From: Acidobacteriota bacterium
GTDB taxonomy: Bacteria; Acidobacteriota; Terriglobia; UBA7540
Direction: 5' to 3'
NCBI GenBank assembly: GCA_031292775.1
Contig: JARLGN010000439.1
Location: 1-54,692 of the forward strand
Length of the DNA: 54,692 nucleotides
Under the pieces are notes generated by a model, which searched no databases, had not been told where the DNA came from, and saw only the letters and a list, made by a program, of their open reading frames with translations. Within the stretch, counting starts at the first letter, position 1. Each line of letters begins with the position of its first letter. The translations under genes and the position numbers were made by a program. This document shows positions 46,123 through 54,692 of the stretch, one piece after another.

Positions 46123-48534
46123 ATGTTCACGCTGATTCAAGATCTGAAGTACGGCTTACGGATGTTAACGAAGAATCCTGGCTTCACGGCTGTTGCTGTC
46201 GTAACGCTCGCGCTAGGCATCGGAGTCAACACAGCGATCTTCAGCCTTTTGGACGCGGTCGTTAACTTGCGTTTTCCGATCAAGGACCAGAATCAGATCG
46301 TCAATCTTTGGGCCTCGAACGAGTCCTATGGGCCCAGAAACAGCCTTTCCATTCCTGACTTTCTCGATTATCGGAAACAAAACCGGGTTTTCGAAGACCT
46401 CGCTGCGTATTCTTTGGAGACATTTCATCTGACCCACGCCACTGAGCCTCAGCGCGTCGGAGGCAACCGAGTGTCCTTCAATTATTTCAGCCTCCTGGGA
46501 GTGCAACCGGCGATCGGTCGAAACTTCCTGCCCGAGGAGTCAGAGGCGGGCAAAGCGCGAGTGGTCATTTTGAGCCACGGGTTGTGGCAAGGCACTTTCG
46601 GGGCTGACCCCGCGATCCTTGGGAAAAGCATTACATTGGACCGTGAAAGTTACACGGTGATTGGGGTGATGCCTGCCGGTTTCCGGTTGTTCAACAGTAT
46701 CGGCGACCTATGGGTACCGCTCGACCTAAGTTCCAGCGAGTTGAGCCGCGGCGCTCGTCAGGTAATGGTAGTCGGACGATTGAAATCTGGGGTTAGCAAA
46801 GGGCAGGCACAAACGGAAATGAGTAACCTCGCCTGTGGCTTAGCACAAGCCTTTCCCAGCACGAACAAGGGGTGGGACACCAAAGTCGTTCTCCTCCAAG
46901 ATGAAATCGACAAAAGGTTGGAAGGGGGATTGGTCCTTATCATGGCCCCTGTCGTTCTGGTCCTGCTCATTGCATGTGCGAACGTGGCCAACCTCCTGCT
47001 GGCCCGGGCCTCGGTGCGTGAAAAGGAAATGGGAGTCCGCGCCGCAATGGGTGCTGGCCGGCTCCGTCTCATCCGCCAGCTTCTCACTGAAAGTGCGCTG
47101 TTCACGCTGCTTGCCGGAGGACTAGGTATCTCGCTTGGTATCTGGGGGATGTCGATTCTCCGTTCACTGTTTGCTGCCAGCATAAATAGCAATCCGCATT
47201 TGGACGCCCGGGTTTTGGGATTTGCGTTGCTCCTTTGTCTGTTAACGCCTCTGCTGTTTGGATTGGCCCCGGCATTCTACGCGACCAGACTGAACCTCAA
47301 TGAAATCCTCAAAGAAGGAAAAAGAGGTTCCCGAGCCGGAGGTTCACACCGATTGCGGGAGTACTTGGTGGTTTCAGAGGTAGGTTTCGCCGTCGCTCTC
47401 TTGGGCCTCAGTGGTTTGCTCCTTCGCCTCTTCCTCCTGGTGGGCAATCCCAAGCCTACATTTGATTCCAGGAACCTGTTGACCATGACCATCTCCCTGC
47501 CCGAGGCTTCCTACCCCAAGGACCGCGACGTGGCTGGGTTTTATCGCCGGGCGCTTGAAGGCTTTCAATCTATCTCGGGGGTGGGATCGATAGGGGTCAC
47601 CGACCGCCCTCCGCGATCTCTCCTCAGTGAATATCGGATGGCACTGCGGCCAATTGACATCGCAAGCGGACCTGGAGCGGAAGTGCGGGCCTCTGCCATA
47701 GTGTCCAATGTGAGTCCGGGTTACTTCTCAACGCTGGAGATTTCGCTGCGTCACGGTCGGTCCTTGATAGATGAGGACGCAGTTGGCGCTCCCCGCGTGG
47801 GAGTGATTAACGAAAGCCTGGCACGTTTATGGGGCGGAGCGGATCCCATCGGCATGAGATTGCGGGTAGTAAGCTCGAGTTCCGAGCAACCTTGGATTAG
47901 TGTTGTGGGGGTCGTTGCGGACATCATAAGTAACCACCTCGGGGCGGCTTTGCCCGGCGTTTACCTGCCCTGTGCCCAGAATCCCAAGCGAGCAATGACG
48001 TTCGTGATACGCACCCTTACACCTCCACTCGGCCTTGAGCAGCCTCTTAAGCGGGAGCTGTGGGCTTTGGATAGAGACCAATCGATGGAGGATGTACGGA
48101 CAATAGAGCAACTCAAGTCCGATGAATTCGCCGGGCAGCGCGCGATGGTGGAGATGGTTGTAGCCTTTGCCGTGCTGGCTTTGGTTCTCGCCTCGACCGG
48201 GGTTTACAGCGTGATGAGCTATATTGTGGCGCAGCGCACACAAGAGCTTGGAGTCCGGATGTCGCTGGGAGCACGTCCGCGCGACATCGTGCAACTGGTA
48301 ATGAAAGAAGCGATGCCGCTTGTCACGGGGGGCGTGGTAATAGGCTTGGCAGGGGCATATGCATTCGGATGCCTCCTCGGGCACGAGCTAACGGCAACTG
48401 GAATCAGGCCTTATGATCCAATAACATTCTCATGGGTTTCCCTTTTGCTCATGCTCGCAGCTTTTATGGCTTGCTATCTACCCACGCGTCGAGCCGTGAG
48501 AGTGGAACCTGTGGTGGCGCTGAGGTATGAGTAA
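46123..48534 (+). CDS. ADOP-family permease 3
   Basis: I prefer ATG 46123 (GGGAGG upstream), giving [26 protein letters not shown]. The C-terminus is YLPTRRAVRVEPVVALRYE. Confidence 0.85.
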   Translation: MFTLIQDLKYGLRMLTKNPGFTAVAVVTLALGIGVNTAIFSLLDAVVNLRFPIKDQNQIVNLWASNESYGPRNSLSIPDFLDYRKQNRVFEDLAAYSLETFHLTHATEPQRVGGNRVSFNYFSLLGVQPAIGRNFLPEESEAGKARVVILSHGLWQGTFGADPAILGKSITLDRESYTVIGVMPAGFRLFNSIGDLWVPLDLSSSELSRGARQVMVVGRLKSGVSKGQAQTEMSNLACGLAQAFPSTNKGWDTKVVLLQDEIDKRLEGGLVLIMAPVVLVLLIACANVANLLLARASVREKEMGVRAAMGAGRLRLIRQLLTESALFTLLAGGLGISLGIWGMSILRSLFAASINSNPHLDARVLGFALLLCLLTPLLFGLAPAFYATRLNLNEILKEGKRGSRAGGSHRLREYLVVSEVGFAVALLGLSGLLLRLFLLVGNPKPTFDSRNLLTMTISLPEASYPKDRDVAGFYRRALEGFQSISGVGSIGVTDRPPRSLLSEYRMALRPIDIASGPGAEVRASAIVSNVSPGYFSTLEISLRHGRSLIDEDAVGAPRVGVINESLARLWGGADPIGMRLRVVSSSSEQPWISVVGVVADIISNHLGAALPGVYLPCAQNPKRAMTFVIRTLTPPLGLEQPLKRELWALDRDQSMEDVRTIEQLKSDEFAGQRAMVEMVVAFAVLALVLASTGVYSVMSYIVAQRTQELGVRMSLGARPRDIVQLVMKEAMPLVTGGVVIGLAGAYAFGCLLGHELTATGIRPYDPITFSWVSLLLMLAAFMACYLPTRRAVRVEPVVALRYE

Positions 48535-48699
48535 GGCTCTCAGCGATACACGGTCAGCTCTAAGCTCGGAATCGATGCACTCCGCGAGTAGTAGCTGAGT
48601 ACTGAAAGCTGGTTACTCAAAGCCGAGGATGCCGTCCGCGGTCTTGGAACTGCGGAAACCAGTCTGGAATTCCATCCTCTCGGCAGGCGGTTCTTTCAA

Positions 48700-48959
48700 T
48701 TAGCCGCAATCCTGCGTCGAGTGCTGCGTAATCCATCAATCGCTGGCGGCATCGCGGGCATATTCGTACATGCTTTGCCTCGTCGGGGACGGGCTCCGCA
48801 TCGTACCGCGGCGAACATGCTGTCTGGCATCAAGCCTACGTACCCTGCACCTTCTTTGCACTGGGACTCCTTCTGTCGGGCATCACGTTGCTGGCATGCT
48901 ATATTCCCGCCCGGCGAGCAACCAAGATCGACCCCATGGTGGCGTTGAGGCATGAGTGA
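48700..48959 (+). pseudogene. Frameshifted C-terminal remnant of an ADOP permease
   Basis: Frame 1 reads ..[13 protein letters not shown]...[10 protein letters not shown]. Frame 0 then reads [36 protein letters not shown] (stop 48957-59). Together these correspond to the last 70 aa or so of ADOP proteins; no upstream body is present. Confidence 0.65.
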
Positions 48960-49127
48960 AGGCACCCTGTCGCCGCCCTGTTCGTTATCGCCAAGCCTAA
49001 TCCCAATATCGAACACCACGCCGCTACTCGAAACTCCTAACCTTCCACTTAACCAATTTGATTCCATAGTTTTAGATACAGTCGGGCAATGGTACGCCCC
49101 GTGCTCGTTTACTCTCGGAGGCTGAAC

Positions 49128-50381
49128 ATGGATATCCCCCGCGAGGACGCAATCCGGAAGAGACGCATCCGCCGGATAATCTACACTCTGGCCGGACTTG
49201 TCGCCGTCGTCTCGGTGACGCTCGGCGTGTCCCGCCTCAAGCCCGCCCCTCCGAGCGTCGACAAGGCCACTGTCTGGCAAGACACAGTGAAGCGCGGCCC
49301 CATGTTGTTGGAGGTTCGCGGACTGGGCAGTCTTGTACCGGAAGAGATCCTGGTGATTCCTGCCCCTACTGACGGCCGGGTGGCGCGAAGGCTCCTACTG
49401 CCCGGCTCGCACGTTAACGCCGACACCGTCCTGATGGAATTGACCAACCCGGAGCAGGAGCAGGCCACGCTCGACGCCGAATGGCAAATGAAAGCCGCGG
49501 AGGCGCAATACAAAAGCACCAAGGCGGAACTTGATAGCAAGTTGCTGGACCAGAAGGCCCAGACGGCCACCGTGCAATCCGACTACACCGAAGCCAGGCT
49601 TAACGCTGAACGCGACGTGGAACTTGCCAAGCGCGGACTGGGTTCGGAGTTGAACGCCAAGGTGACGCGCGCCAAAGCGGAAGCCCTGGCCACGCGCACC
49701 GATATTGAGAAGCAACGCCTCGCCGTAAGCGCCGCTTCCGCCAAAGCGCAACTGGACGAGCAGCAGGCGAAGGTGGAGCAACTGCGCGCGCAGTGGCAAC
49801 TGAAGAAGGCGCAACTCGCTTCTCTACATGTGCGGGCAGGGGCGGAAGGCGTTTTGCAGGAACTCTCCGTGGAAGTCGGCCAGCGCGTTGCCGCCGGAAC
49901 TCCTCTCGCTAAAGTCGTGCAGCCCACGCGGCTGAAAGCGCAATTGAAGATCCCCGAGACCCAGGCCAAGGACGTGATCATCGGCCAGTCGGCGGCCATC
50001 GACACGCGCAATGGGATCATTCCCGGCCATGTGATGCGGGTTGACCCATCGGTGGTCGAGGGCAGCGTGACGGTGGACGTGAAACTTGACGCCGCACTTC
50101 CCAAAGGCGCGCGTCCCGACCTGAGCGTGGAAGGCACGATCCAAATTGAAAATCTCGCCGACGTCATCTACGTTGGACGTCCCGGCTTCGGCCAGCCCAA
50201 CAGCACCGTGGGAATCTTCCGGGTTGACGAGAGCGGCAACATCGCCAGCCGCGTGCAGGTGAAGTTGGGCCGCGCCTCAGTGAACTCCGTCGAAATCCTG
50301 AGTGGCTTGCAACCCGGCGACAAGGTCATCCTCTCCGACATGTCGCAGTGGGACGCCTTCAACCGCATCAAGCTGGAGTGA
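49128..50381 (+). CDS. HlyD/MacA-like periplasmic adaptor (membrane fusion protein)
   Basis: GGAGG lies 6 nt upstream of ATG 49128. The protein has an N-terminal anchor (IIYTLAGLVAVVSVTL), a long coiled-coil (AEAQYKSTKAELD...QLRAQWQLKKAQL), and barrel strings GQRVAAGTPLAKV and LQPGDKVIL. Confidence 0.8.
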   Translation: MDIPREDAIRKRRIRRIIYTLAGLVAVVSVTLGVSRLKPAPPSVDKATVWQDTVKRGPMLLEVRGLGSLVPEEILVIPAPTDGRVARRLLLPGSHVNADTVLMELTNPEQEQATLDAEWQMKAAEAQYKSTKAELDSKLLDQKAQTATVQSDYTEARLNAERDVELAKRGLGSELNAKVTRAKAEALATRTDIEKQRLAVSAASAKAQLDEQQAKVEQLRAQWQLKKAQLASLHVRAGAEGVLQELSVEVGQRVAAGTPLAKVVQPTRLKAQLKIPETQAKDVIIGQSAAIDTRNGIIPGHVMRVDPSVVEGSVTVDVKLDAALPKGARPDLSVEGTIQIENLADVIYVGRPGFGQPNSTVGIFRVDESGNIASRVQVKLGRASVNSVEILSGLQPGDKVILSDMSQWDAFNRIKLE

Positions 50382-50562
50382 GGGAATCGGGAGATCGGGT
50401 GATCCGGCCATTTAACGATTGAGAGTTAGGTGAAGGGTGAAGGAGCGATCGTGGACAAGCCACTAATGCCTAATACAACCAATGAAACCCTAAAGGGTTC
50501 AGTCGCCCAATGGGTCGACGGCCCAACGACTCAGTGACACGATGCCCGAAATGAGGACGGTA

Positions 50563-52998
50563 ATGAGTCTACTGGTCCAAGATGTCCGTTTCGGCCTCCG
50601 GATGCTGGCGAAGAATCCCGGATTCACCTCCGTGGCGGTACTGACTCTGGCTCTGGGTATCGGGGCCAATACGGCCATCTTTAGCGTGGTGAACGCCGTG
50701 CTTCTCCGGCCTCTTCCCTACGCGGATGCGGACAGGTTGGTCAAACTTGATGAGACGAACGCACGACTCGACCATATGTCTGTCGCTTATCTCGACTTTC
50801 GAGACTGGCAGCGGGAGAACCACTCTTTCACTCAAGCGGCAGCCTTCGTGGAGGATCATCTTGTTCTGACCCTAACTGAAGGTGCTGAATATGTTCCCAG
50901 CAGGTACGCTTCGGCTGACTTCTTCTCAGTGCTGGGAGTGCAATTAGCGCTGGGCCGGGCATTCTTGCCCGAAGAAGACCAGCAAGGTGGACGCCCTGTT
51001 GTCATCATCAGCCACCAATTGTGGCAACGGCATTTTAGCGGAAGCCTGCAGGTGCTTGGCAAAGCCGTGACTTTGAACCGTAAAGCCTACACTGTCGTGG
51101 GCGTTCTTCCCGGCAGTTTTCAGCTTTTTAGGGCGGAAGACGTTTACATCCCGCTCGGCCAATTCGATCCCGTCCAGCTCCAAGACCGTAAAATCCGCTC
51201 GGGAATCTCTGTTGTCGCCCGCCTTAAGCCCGGCATAACGCTTGATCAGGCACGCTCCGACATGGCGCTCGTACAGCGGCGAATTGCGCAAACCTATCCG
51301 GACGCCGCCAAGGGAGTTGGGACTATTGTTGTGCCCCTCAAGCAGTACCTCGTGGGCAATATGGGGCGGACTCTCATGCTGTTCTTTGTCGCGGTTGGGT
51401 TCGTTTTACTCATCGCTTGCGCCAACGTTGCCAACCTAATACTTGCACGCTCCGCTGCGCGCGGCAGAGAGTTTGCGATCCGTTCCGCCCTAGGGGCGGG
51501 TCGCGCTCGGCTGATCAGGCAATTGCTGGTGGAGAGCGTGCTGTTCGGACTCATGGGCGGAGCGTTGGGATTGGCCGTTGCCGCGTGGGGAACCCGTCCA
51601 GGGCTCGCCGCTATCCCCGGAGGCTTGCCCCGCAGTTCTGAGGTTGGGATTGACCCCCATGTGCTTGTGTTTACCCTGGCCATCTCTATCTTCACTGGCA
51701 TTCTGTTCGGTTTGGCGCCTTCACTCCAGAGCACAAAAACAAATTTGCAGGAGTCGCTCAAGGAACGAGCTGGAGGTGCGGCAGGCAGACGTAACCGGAC
51801 GCAGGGTGTCCTGATTATTGCTGAGACTGCCCTCACGTTGATTTTGCTGGTGGCGGCGGGGCTGATGATACGCACCATCTGGCGGCTCACGGATACCGAC
51901 CCAGGATTTGACCCTAACGACCTCCTTACTCTTAAGACAGCGCTTTCGCCGCAAGTCGCGTCGAGCCCAGAAAAGATCCGCATGGCTTTTCGCCAGCTCC
52001 TTGGACAGGTGGAAGGCATTCCCGGGGTAAAAGCGGCAGGGCTCACTAATATGGTCCCCTTAAGCCCTATGTTCAGCACAATCGACTTTTGGATCGGGCC
52101 TCAAACCACCCCTCCGCCTCAGGCGGACATGACTGGGGCGTTGTGCTTCATCAGCAGCCCCGGTTATCTCCATTCCATGGGAATTCCGTTATTGCGTGGG
52201 CGCTTGCTTACTCGGGAGGATACGCTAAGTTCTCCTCGCGTGGTGGTGGTGGACAATGTCCTTGCACAGAGATTCTTTCCTGGTACCGACCCGGTCGGCA
52301 AACGAATCAATATGGATTTCCTGGGGCCAGCAGAGATCGTGGGCGTCGTCGGCCACGTTAAGCACTGGGGACTTGGTTCCGACGCCGGCGCTAAGATCCG
52401 ATGCGAGATCTACTTCCCTCTGGAGCAGGTTCCCGATAAGTTCATGAGCATGACCGCGGGAGGAATGACCGTCGTCCTGCGGACGCACTCGGATCGAATC
52501 ACAATTGTCCCTGCTGTCAGGCGGGCGATCATGGGTCCTGGGAAAGACCAGCCGGTTTTCAATTTGCAGACCATGGAGCAGGTCATCGGCGCCTCGCTAG
52601 TCGGCACTCGCTTTCCACTGATCCTGCTCGGAATCTTCGCCGGCGTGGCCTTGCTTTTGGCTTCCGTCGGAATTTATGGCGTGGTCTCATATTCGGTGAA
52701 CCGACGCACACACGAAATGGGTATCCGGATGGCGCTCGGTGCCCAGCGCGGAGACGTCCTGAAACTCGTCATTGGGCAGGGGCTCAGGCTGGCACTTATA
52801 GGTGTGGGAATCGGCATTATCGGCGCGTTGGCACTGACACGCTTCTTGTCGAGTCTGCTCTATGGTGTCAAGCCCACCGACCCGGTGACGTTTATTGCCG
52901 TCTCACTGATTCTGACCGCAGTGGCGCTCATCGCGAGTTACATCCCCGCCCGACGGGCAACGAAGGTCGATCCCATGGTGGCGCTGAGGTACGAATAA
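50563..52998 (+). CDS. ADOP-family permease 4
   Basis: GAGGA lies 5 nt upstream of ATG 50563. The N-terminus is [41 protein letters not shown] and the C-terminus is [19 protein letters not shown]. Confidence 0.85.
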   Translation: MSLLVQDVRFGLRMLAKNPGFTSVAVLTLALGIGANTAIFSVVNAVLLRPLPYADADRLVKLDETNARLDHMSVAYLDFRDWQRENHSFTQAAAFVEDHLVLTLTEGAEYVPSRYASADFFSVLGVQLALGRAFLPEEDQQGGRPVVIISHQLWQRHFSGSLQVLGKAVTLNRKAYTVVGVLPGSFQLFRAEDVYIPLGQFDPVQLQDRKIRSGISVVARLKPGITLDQARSDMALVQRRIAQTYPDAAKGVGTIVVPLKQYLVGNMGRTLMLFFVAVGFVLLIACANVANLILARSAARGREFAIRSALGAGRARLIRQLLVESVLFGLMGGALGLAVAAWGTRPGLAAIPGGLPRSSEVGIDPHVLVFTLAISIFTGILFGLAPSLQSTKTNLQESLKERAGGAAGRRNRTQGVLIIAETALTLILLVAAGLMIRTIWRLTDTDPGFDPNDLLTLKTALSPQVASSPEKIRMAFRQLLGQVEGIPGVKAAGLTNMVPLSPMFSTIDFWIGPQTTPPPQADMTGALCFISSPGYLHSMGIPLLRGRLLTREDTLSSPRVVVVDNVLAQRFFPGTDPVGKRINMDFLGPAEIVGVVGHVKHWGLGSDAGAKIRCEIYFPLEQVPDKFMSMTAGGMTVVLRTHSDRITIVPAVRRAIMGPGKDQPVFNLQTMEQVIGASLVGTRFPLILLGIFAGVALLLASVGIYGVVSYSVNRRTHEMGIRMALGAQRGDVLKLVIGQGLRLALIGVGIGIIGALALTRFLSSLLYGVKPTDPVTFIAVSLILTAVALIASYIPARRATKVDPMVALRYE

Positions 52999-52999
52999 T

Positions 53000-53320
53000 T
53001 GCCGATTGTCGATGGCCGATTGTCGATTGGCGGAAAGACGAAACTCGAAACTGGAAACTCGAAAATCGATACTCGAAGATGCAACGTGCAAGATGGTCGA
53101 CGAATTTCCAGTTTCCAATGTCCAGTTTCGATTTTCGGTCTTTGATGAGCCGATGGTTAGATGATCGGATGAGCGGATGGCAAAAACTCTCCTCCTTAGT
53201 TAAGGAGGGGTGCCCGAAGGGCGGGGTGGTTGGTTTTAGCTGAAGGCTGAGAGCTGATAGCTGACAGCTGAGAGCTGACAGCCGGCCACTGAATACTGAC
53301 GACCGACAACTGAGGACTGA
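53000..53320. repeat. Intergenic mosaic of short oligonucleotide-word tandem blocks
   Basis: Successive blocks are (ccgattgtcgat)x2, gaaactcgaaactggaaactcgaaaatcga, then its complement words tttccagtttcc / tcgattttcg, then gatgagccgatgg/gatgatcggatgagcggatgg, then gctgagagctgatagctgacagctgagagctgaca. There is also a perfect palindrome cctcctta-gt-taaggagg (53191-53208). Confidence 0.6.
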
Positions 53321-53323
53321 ACG

Positions 53324-54692
53324 ATGAGCACGTTACTCCAAGACCTGAAGTTCGGCCTGCGCATGTTGGCAAAGAATCCTGGCTTCACGGCGGTGGCGGT
53401 ACTCACGCTGGCGCTGGGCATCGGGGCGAACACAGCCATCTTTAGCTTGATTGATGCCGTCATGTTGAAAACACTGCCGGTAAAGAATCCGCAGCAACTC
53501 GTCGTGCTGAGTCGGCGCCAGACGAAGGCGGTGCGGGGGGGCCCGGGCTATAGCGGGCACGGCAATAGCTCCCTCTCTTACTTAGGCTTCAAACGGTTGC
53601 GAGGTCACAACGACATCTTCTCCAGCGTAATCGGCTTCGTGCCTCTCGGTACCGGCCCCGAAAGCGTCACGGTAAACATCGACGGCCGACCGAGCGTGGC
53701 CGGCGGCGAGATGGTCAGCGGGAATTATTTTACCGGGCTTGGCGTCTCGCCGATCCTGGGCCGCGTGCTTACGGAAGCCGATGAGGACCATGCTGCGCGC
53801 GTCACGGTGCTCGGGTATGGCTACTGGACACGCAAGTTCGGGCGCGATCCGGCGGTCATCGGAAAGACGATTACGCTCGGTGGCGAGACCTTCAGCATCG
53901 TGGGTGTGGCGCCGCCCGAGTTCTTTGGGGTCGAACCCGGTCGGGCGCCTGACTTTTGGATTCCCCTGATTGACGTACCCAGCCTCGGTCCCTGGGGCGT
54001 CGTGTCGCAGTCCCCTTTCACCTCCAAGAGCTGGTGGTGGCTATTGATCGTGGGGCGCCTGAAGCCCAGCGTAAGCCAGTCGCAGGCACGGGCCGCTCTC
54101 GACATATGGATTCGGCAAAGCCTCACCGATGAGGTGGGCCTCGCGCCGGCGGACGCACGAGCTTTCTCGGTTGGCCTCGACCCCGCTAGCCGCGGACTCG
54201 ACAGCTTAAGGGGGAAATTCTCACAGCCTTTGCTCATTTTGATGGGCGTGGTCGGTCTGGTGCTGCTGATCGCCTGCGCCAACATCGCCGCGCTGCTGCT
54301 GGCGCGCGCTCAGGGCCGCCGCAGGGAAATCGCCATGCGCCTGGCCTTAGGGGCTTCGCGTGTGCGCCTCATTCGCCAACTGCTTACCGAGAGCTTATTG
54401 CTGGCGGCGGCCGGGGGAATGTGCGCGATGGCGGTGGCGGGTTGGGGGGCGAGGATTCTCCTCCGACTGATGTCGGGCGGACCTTCGCTGCCGTTGGAAG
54501 TTCACCCCAGCCTGACGGTAGGAGGTTTCGCCACCGGGGTTTCGGTGCTTACGGGAATCCTGTTTGGTCTCGTGCCGGCGCTCGGCTCAACCCGCTTAAG
54601 TCTCAGCCCTACCCTCAAAGAAAACGCGCGCGGCGCTCTCGGAAGCCGCAGCGCACGTTGGAGGCTGGGAAAATCATTGGTGATCGCTCAAA
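53324..54692 (+). CDS. ADOP-family permease 5 (3' end outside the window)
   Basis: Not in the ORF track because no stop is reached. ATG 53324 (GAGGA upstream) opens [41 protein letters not shown] ... [15 protein letters not shown], and the frame stays open to the window end. Confidence 0.85.
   Translation, partial: MSTLLQDLKFGLRMLAKNPGFTAVAVLTLALGIGANTAIFSLIDAVMLKTLPVKNPQQLVVLSRRQTKAVRGGPGYSGHGNSSLSYLGFKRLRGHNDIFSSVIGFVPLGTGPESVTVNIDGRPSVAGGEMVSGNYFTGLGVSPILGRVLTEADEDHAARVTVLGYGYWTRKFGRDPAVIGKTITLGGETFSIVGVAPPEFFGVEPGRAPDFWIPLIDVPSLGPWGVVSQSPFTSKSWWWLLIVGRLKPSVSQSQARAALDIWIRQSLTDEVGLAPADARAFSVGLDPASRGLDSLRGKFSQPLLILMGVVGLVLLIACANIAALLLARAQGRRREIAMRLALGASRVRLIRQLLTESLLLAAAGGMCAMAVAGWGARILLRLMSGGPSLPLEVHPSLTVGGFATGVSVLTGILFGLVPALGSTRLSLSPTLKENARGALGSRSARWRLGKSLVIAQ

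Noticed and set aside
53189-53210. AAGGAGG inside a perfect palindrome, considered as a ribosome-binding site
   Set aside because: It lies about 115 nt upstream of the next ATG (53324), which has its own GAGGA site. It is more likely a hairpin or terminator.

Overview
GC-rich bacterial chromosomal segment. All family calls come from reading motifs by eye, not from database searches. The right third (38-54.7 kb) looks like Acidobacteriota: a PadR regulator, five ADOP/MacB-like duplicated orphan permeases plus one decayed copy, a MacA/HlyD-like adaptor and a TolC-like outer-membrane factor, with no ABC ATPase. The left part holds core genes: a CocE/NonD hydrolase, a GH29 alpha-L-fucosidase, two URO-D-like proteins, an APC permease and a nonsense-mutated ricin-type lectin remnant. 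A roughly 25 kb integrase-bounded island (about 9.7-34.9 kb) sits between a tRNA-Leu(UAA) gene (9610-9698, minus) and an ICMT-like gene plus aldA (35.3-37.5 kb). The island carries int plus an xis-like HTH gene and five DNA methyltransferase genes (four beta-class SPPY type, one Dam-like). A DUF3102-like HTH module occurs five times and is shuffled onto different C-terminal domains. The replication genes are a PrimPol/DUF3987-type primase-helicase that appears frameshifted and a winged-helix Rep-like gene containing eight palindromic iterons phased at 22 bp. A second array of CCAGTTGTCA boxes flanks an AT-rich patch, and two internal repeat families mark a duplicated unit. About eight further ORFs have no recognisable function. 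I saw no capsid, terminase or conjugation genes and no recognisable restriction endonuclease. The most interesting candidate is this multi-methyltransferase, self-replicating integrative element with modular HTH-enzyme fusions. Its right boundary and att sites were not found.
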